DNA of 64,000 bases from Patescibacteria group bacterium (GTDB taxonomy: Bacteria; Patescibacteriota; Minisyncoccia; JAHIHE01; JAGLIN01). The stretch spans positions 76,478-140,477 of the forward strand of contig JARGGI010000002.1 of the NCBI GenBank assembly GCA_029210775.1. Direction: 5' to 3'. The position numbers were made by a program, and so were the translations under genes. The notes beneath the pieces were generated by a model that was not told the origin of the DNA, did no database searches, and saw nothing but the letters and a program-made list of their open reading frames with translations. Below are positions 59,264-64,000 of this stretch, in pieces. Within the stretch, counting starts at the first letter, position 1; every line of letters starts with the position of its first letter.

Positions 59264-61069
59264 CTATCTTTCATTAAGCTTTTTGATCGACAGATTATGT
59301 GCTTCTATATAATGAGTTACAAATTTTTTCCAGTCAGCCGAAAAGGCAACTTTTCTTGCCTGAATTTTATTATCAATTCTTTTTTTCTTTGAAAATAGTG
59401 TATATTTATATAGAATATCAATAAAACCTTCGATCATTTTTCCTTTTTCTTGATTTTCTATATCAAGGATATATACGCCTGGCAAGTTTTTGTCATTTAA
59501 CTCGTCATAGAAATATTTTCCAAATCCTGATAAATTACTGGTCAGCGATGCAACTCCTAAGGCTGCTGTCTCAAGGGGTGTATAACCCCATGGCTCATAA
59601 TATGAAGGAAAAACACCAAGATGACATGCTTGGATGCTTTGATAATAGTCAAGATCGCCAAGTCCATCAGCACCAGTTAAATATATTGGATAGAAAATAA
59701 CCTTGACTCTATCCTCTTCTCGATTTTCCAAACCTGCTTCCTTAAAAGCTTTCAAAATTGAATCGTCTTGTGGATTGGATATATTATGTGTTGAAAGTGG
59801 AGCTGATCCATTTTTAGATTTTAACCTCTGAAGCTTTCTTTTCATATCAAGAATAAAACCTTCTTCAAAAATAGATTTCTCATTAATTTTTTCTTCAGAG
59901 GAAATCGCATAAAGTAAATTTTCTTTAATATCGTCCTCCTCTTCTTCTAATAAATCTTTGAGATCCCTAAATGCCTCTCTTGCTTCAATGATATCTGGAT
60001 TTATGCCAGATGTTTCTGTCGGAACCCAAAAAAATGTAATCACTGTTTTTTTGCTATTATTCTTTTTCATTTTTTCGTTCAGCTTAGATAATGAGTCTAT
60101 AAAGATATCTAGACCCTTATTATGAAATTCATATCTACTTGCTGTAAAGAAAAATAGAGTATTTTCAAGATTGATTTTATAGTATGGGAAGAAATAATAC
60201 AAAACAAATTGTCTTAATTTGTTCCTATATTTTTTATGTTTTAATGCAGTTTCTTCAAAGCTCGGAAATTTTGTCATATCAAGACCATTTGGTAAGATTA
60301 TGTCAACTTCCTTACCAAGCATATATTTTGCTTCCATTGCCGTAATTTGACTTACTGTAGTAAATACATTAGCTTGTTCAGCAGATATTTTTTCCATATT
60401 GTGTTTTGCTTGAACCCCATATTTATATGCTTGTTCAGCTGGATTAATTTTATCTATTTGAGAATATAAATCTTCTCCATGACCAACGATTGTTCTTCCA
60501 AGAGTAGTTGCATGAGTCGTAAATACTGTGGAAATTTTTAAATTACTTTTCTTCAAATATAAAATTGTCGCTCCACAAAGCCATTCATGCGCTTGAACAA
60601 CAATACTTCTATCATGATGAACTTCTTTCATTTTTTCAATCATAATCCCAACGGCCCAACTCCAAACAACAGGTTCGTCAAATCCATAAGAACTGCCCAA
60701 CGAATCTAGTCCAAATCTTTCCCACATTTCCTTTTTGATATCATTAACTTCTGGCCAAAAATCCTTAAAATCAAGAAGAATAACCTTTGGCTCTCCTTCG
60801 ACAAGCCATGATCCGAAATGACAAACTATCCCTATTTCTTTTAATTCACTATAAATTGTTTTATATAGTTCTGGAATCGGTTCTTCTTTAAATACAAGTC
60901 TACTTTTGTCAGTAAAATAAGGACCAACAAGACAATATCCATTTTTATAATGTTTTTGCATATATCTTGCTTTTGAACTGAGAACTGTAAAAATTCCCCC
61001 AACCTTATTACAAGTCTCCCATGAAACTTCAAAAAGCATATCCGCTTTTGTTTTTGTGTTTTCTTTCAT
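59264..61069 (-). CDS. Glycogen synthase, GT3 family
   Basis: FEVSWETCNKVGGIFTV, FTTHAT.LGR, RYEFHNKG.D, CHLGVFPSYYEPWGYTP. Confidence 0.9.
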   Translation of the reverse strand: MKENTKTKADMLFEVSWETCNKVGGIFTVLSSKARYMQKHYKNGYCLVGPYFTDKSRLVFKEEPIPELYKTIYSELKEIGIVCHFGSWLVEGEPKVILLDFKDFWPEVNDIKKEMWERFGLDSLGSSYGFDEPVVWSWAVGIMIEKMKEVHHDRSIVVQAHEWLCGATILYLKKSNLKISTVFTTHATTLGRTIVGHGEDLYSQIDKINPAEQAYKYGVQAKHNMEKISAEQANVFTTVSQITAMEAKYMLGKEVDIILPNGLDMTKFPSFEETALKHKKYRNKLRQFVLYYFFPYYKINLENTLFFFTASRYEFHNKGLDIFIDSLSKLNEKMKKNNSKKTVITFFWVPTETSGINPDIIEAREAFRDLKDLLEEEEDDIKENLLYAISSEEKINEKSIFEEGFILDMKRKLQRLKSKNGSAPLSTHNISNPQDDSILKAFKEAGLENREEDRVKVIFYPIYLTGADGLGDLDYYQSIQACHLGVFPSYYEPWGYTPLETAALGVASLTSNLSGFGKYFYDELNDKNLPGVYILDIENQEKGKMIEGFIDILYKYTLFSKKKRIDNKIQARKVAFSADWKKFVTHYIEAHNLSIKKLNER

Positions 61070-61087
61070 TTTTTTTATTATTTTTGT

Positions 61088-61756
61088 TTATTTTTTTCCT
61101 TCTATTATCCTTTGAGTTATTTTTAATTCAGAATTATCCGAATTTTCTTCTATTCCTTGATTCAAAATCTCCAATGCACGATCTTTTTCACCCCTTTCTT
61201 CAAGCATTAAAGCATAATTATTATAAGAAGAAATAAGAATTGGATTAATCTCTATGGCTTTCTTAAAATAATATTCAGCTTGATCATAATCTTTTAAAAT
61301 CCAATAAATATTTCCAATACTATTATATGCAGAGCTATTATTTTTATCAAGAGCTATTATTCTTGTATAATTTCTTATTGCGTCATTATAGTTTTTTAGA
61401 CGATAATTCGTGATTGCAAGTTCAGTTAGATAATTTAAGTCATTTGGTTCAGACTCTAACGCTTTTTCAAAATATAACAAGGCTGCGGAATAATTTTTTT
61501 TGTCAAAAGATTCAATTCCTGATTTATAATTTACTTCAGAAGTAATGTTTCTTTTTTCTACATATTTTTTACCAGTTTGAGAACTTTCATTTTTAGAATA
61601 AATATTATCATAAAAACCATAAATCTTTGGCATTAAAAAAACAAAAGAAACGACCGAAAGAATTATAAAAGCAAATAATCCAAATAAAATAAAGTCTCTT
61701 TCATATTTTTCAAGATAGGAATTTTTTTTAAATTTTTTTTGTTTCATTTTTATCAT
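61088..61756 (-). CDS. Membrane-anchored TPR protein
   Basis: TM segment plus repeated A..Y..A...P TPR helices. Confidence 0.85.
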   Translation of the reverse strand: MIKMKQKKFKKNSYLEKYERDFILFGLFAFIILSVVSFVFLMPKIYGFYDNIYSKNESSQTGKKYVEKRNITSEVNYKSGIESFDKKNYSAALLYFEKALESEPNDLNYLTELAITNYRLKNYNDAIRNYTRIIALDKNNSSAYNSIGNIYWILKDYDQAEYYFKKAIEINPILISSYNNYALMLEERGEKDRALEILNQGIEENSDNSELKITQRIIEGKK

Positions 61757-61788
61757 AATTATAATTTTATTTTTGTTAGATATAAAAT

Positions 61789-62175
61789 TTATTTTTTATT
61801 AAAAAACTTATCAATCTTTTTTATAATTTCCAATGGAGTACTTTTTGCCTTGATTACATAATCTACAATTCCAATATTTTTAGCTTCCTGAATATCTTCT
61901 TCATTTGAAAGATTTGAAGTAATAATCACTGGAGTAGATTTTATTTTCTCATCTTCTGACTTCCTAATTTCATCCAAAACCTCAAAACCATCCTTTTTTG
62001 GAAGAAGAATATCAAGTAAAACAAGATCTGGTTTTTCTTTTTTTATAATTTTTATTGCGACATCTCCGTTTTCTGCCGTTACAACCTGATATCCGCTAAG
62101 TTTTAATTTTATTTTATAAATATCCATTATAGCAGCTTCATCCTCAACTACTGCTATTTTTTTTATTTTATCCAT
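61789..62175 (-). CDS. Single-domain response regulator (receiver only)
   Basis: VVEDE, PDLVLLDILLP, SN, K. Confidence 0.9.
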   Translation of the reverse strand: MDKIKKIAVVEDEAAIMDIYKIKLKLSGYQVVTAENGDVAIKIIKKEKPDLVLLDILLPKKDGFEVLDEIRKSEDEKIKSTPVIITSNLSNEEDIQEAKNIGIVDYVIKAKSTPLEIIKKIDKFFNKK

Positions 62176-62243
62176 TTTGATTAATATTATACTTTTGTTA
62201 ATTTAATTATAGCAAATACAAATTAAACCACAATAACCTAAAA

Positions 62244-63455
62244 TTATTTATATCTCAAAGCATCTAACGCATTTAATTTAGAAGCTCTTCTCGCAGGATA
62301 TAGGCCTGTCATAAATCCTACTATAGTAGAAAAAACAAGAATAATTATTATAAATTCTTTTGGAGTATAGAATAAATTAACCGCATCTCCGCCCAAAGAA
62401 CTTGCTAATTTGTTAATTCCAAAATTAAACAGTTTACCCCCCATAAAACCAATTAAAATTCCACTTATTCCTCCTAAGAAACCAATGATAACTGATTCAA
62501 CTAAAAATAGTTTCCAAATATCATCACGAGATGCTCCAAGAGCCTTCATAATTCCAATTTCTTGAATCCTCTCTAAAAGAGCGATGGTCATAGTATTAAA
62601 CATTCCTATTGCTGAAACAATCAAAGCTACCGCACCGAAAAGCGAAAGGATAATTTGCACGGCTTGGAAAATCTTATTAGCTTCATCAATAATATCTGAC
62701 AGGGCAGATACACTAAATCCCATTTCTATCATTTGATTTCGAACATTTTCCAATTCATCTTTATTTTTTACTTTGATTTTTATTGTAGAAAAATTTGGAA
62801 GATTTAAATGACTTACATCTGATGAGGGAACATATAAATATGAATTGTACTCATCTTTTATCACTCCAATAATTTCAAAATCACTCATCAGACTAACCTC
62901 CTCCTCTTCTTCAATGTTACCATCTGTTTTCTCTTTATCTTTTGATAAATATAATTTAATTGAAACTATTTTCCCAATTGCTTCTTCGCTTTCTAAAATA
63001 TTAAAAGATTTTAAAACAGCTGATGAAATTATAGCTTTGGTACTTTCTCCTGAATCAAACAGTTCTCCTTCATCTGCTTGTATTCCAGACAATTTAAAAA
63101 AGGAGGAGCTAACAGCATTTATCGTTGTTCCGCTACTCAGTTCGTCAATTTCAATTTGCGCAGGAATTGAAGTTATTGGACTTACTTCAGCAATTTCTGG
63201 AATTTCTTTTATCTTTTCCAAATTCTCATTATTCAATTCAATTATTGAAGATGACTCAGTATAAATATCCAGACTTAACAAGGCATCAGAAGTTGTGATT
63301 TGTTCCAATATAACTTTTTGTAATCCAAATCCGAAAGAGACAAGAAATAAAATTGTACCAATTCCAACTCCAATTCCAAGAATCGTCAAACTTGTTCTAA
63401 GTTTATTTGTTTTAAAAACTCTTGTTGACAATCGTAAAATGTCTAACGCTTGCAT
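62244..63455 (-). CDS. MacB/FtsX-like ABC transporter permease
   Basis: NKLRTSLTILGI, ER.QEIGIMKALGA, YPARRASKL. Confidence 0.9.
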   Translation of the reverse strand: MQALDILRLSTRVFKTNKLRTSLTILGIGVGIGTILFLVSFGFGLQKVILEQITTSDALLSLDIYTESSSIIELNNENLEKIKEIPEIAEVSPITSIPAQIEIDELSSGTTINAVSSSFFKLSGIQADEGELFDSGESTKAIISSAVLKSFNILESEEAIGKIVSIKLYLSKDKEKTDGNIEEEEEVSLMSDFEIIGVIKDEYNSYLYVPSSDVSHLNLPNFSTIKIKVKNKDELENVRNQMIEMGFSVSALSDIIDEANKIFQAVQIILSLFGAVALIVSAIGMFNTMTIALLERIQEIGIMKALGASRDDIWKLFLVESVIIGFLGGISGILIGFMGGKLFNFGINKLASSLGGDAVNLFYTPKEFIIIILVFSTIVGFMTGLYPARRASKLNALDALRYK

Positions 63456-63479
63456 GTGAATTATTTTATATTAATTTTT

Positions 63480-64000
63480 TCATTCAACTTTTGTTCCAAA
63501 CTTTACAAGCAAAATTATTTCCAAATCTCTAGATATTTTCCTTACAACTCTTTTATCAAGTCCTATCCCGCCTTTTTTAAAAGGAGAGTCTAATACCTTG
63601 CTAAATATTTCAGCTCCTATTTCATTTTTCAATCTCATGCCAACAAGATGTTCAAGTCTTCTTTTTTGTTGATCTTCCATTACTTTAATAAACGAACGAA
63701 TTAAATATTTTGTAATAAGTTTTGTTTTCAATCTCATTTCTTCCATATTTAATCTTGATGCAACTTCTTTCAAATCTCTCTGAAGAAGTTTTGCTCCTTC
63801 TATAATTTTTTCTGTTTCATAAGAATAACCAGAAGCAGTTCTTTCATCTAACCCCACTCCTCCTTTTTCAAATGATCTATCAAGCATCATTCTAAATTCA
63901 AATTTTGCAAGTTTTCCCATCATTCTCTTTCTGATAAATTCTTCTATCCTTTGAATCTGATCAATATTCATTGAAGTTAATAAATATTCCGAAAGAACCT
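63480..64000 (-). CDS. Hypothetical protein with a duplicated LDxxFxKGGxGLD motif; probably 5'-truncated by the window end
   Basis: Frame open upstream of the track start to the window edge (VLSEYLLTSM...). Confidence 0.6.
   Translation of the reverse strand, partial: VLSEYLLTSMNIDQIQRIEEFIRKRMMGKLAKFEFRMMLDRSFEKGGVGLDERTASGYSYETEKIIEGAKLLQRDLKEVASRLNMEEMRLKTKLITKYLIRSFIKVMEDQQKRRLEHLVGMRLKNEIGAEIFSKVLDSPFKKGGIGLDKRVVRKISRDLEIILLVKFGTKVE

Overview
AT-rich bacterial chromosome segment using standard code 11. Gene content and protein style (compact RpoB/RpoC, long-tailed S6, pilin-domain and TSP3-repeat surface proteins, core genes mostly without Shine-Dalgarno sites) point to a Patescibacteria/CPR (Parcubacteria-like) genome; this is an inference. 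Core genes: ABC-F (partial), htpX, lemA, groES/groEL with a perfect CIRCE, uvrA, secG, pgi-like, tRNA-Leu(CAG), rnj, trpS, phosphohexomutase, GlmU-like, mscS, ychF, rpsF-ssb-rpsR, recA, RodZ-like, ftsK, rpoC, rpoB and a GT3 glycogen synthase. Accessory content: (1) a surface/proteolysis cluster with three HExxH proteases, three TSP3-like repeat proteins, a Cys-rich pilin-domain protein, an ABC exporter and an AbiEii-type TA pair; (2) a DPM1+CesA-like GT2 / GT-C+GH8 / GtrA polysaccharide module with a C8 tract; (3) several stand-alone ORFan cassettes with strong SD sites, one encoding a near-consensus archaeal PGF-CTERM sorting signal; (4) many palindromic repeats, including a TIR/TSD-bounded MITE, a 20-bp hairpin inserted into other repeats, and a repeat inserted in frame within a protein gene; (5) IS200 and IS481 relics. 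No CRISPR array or rRNA was seen.
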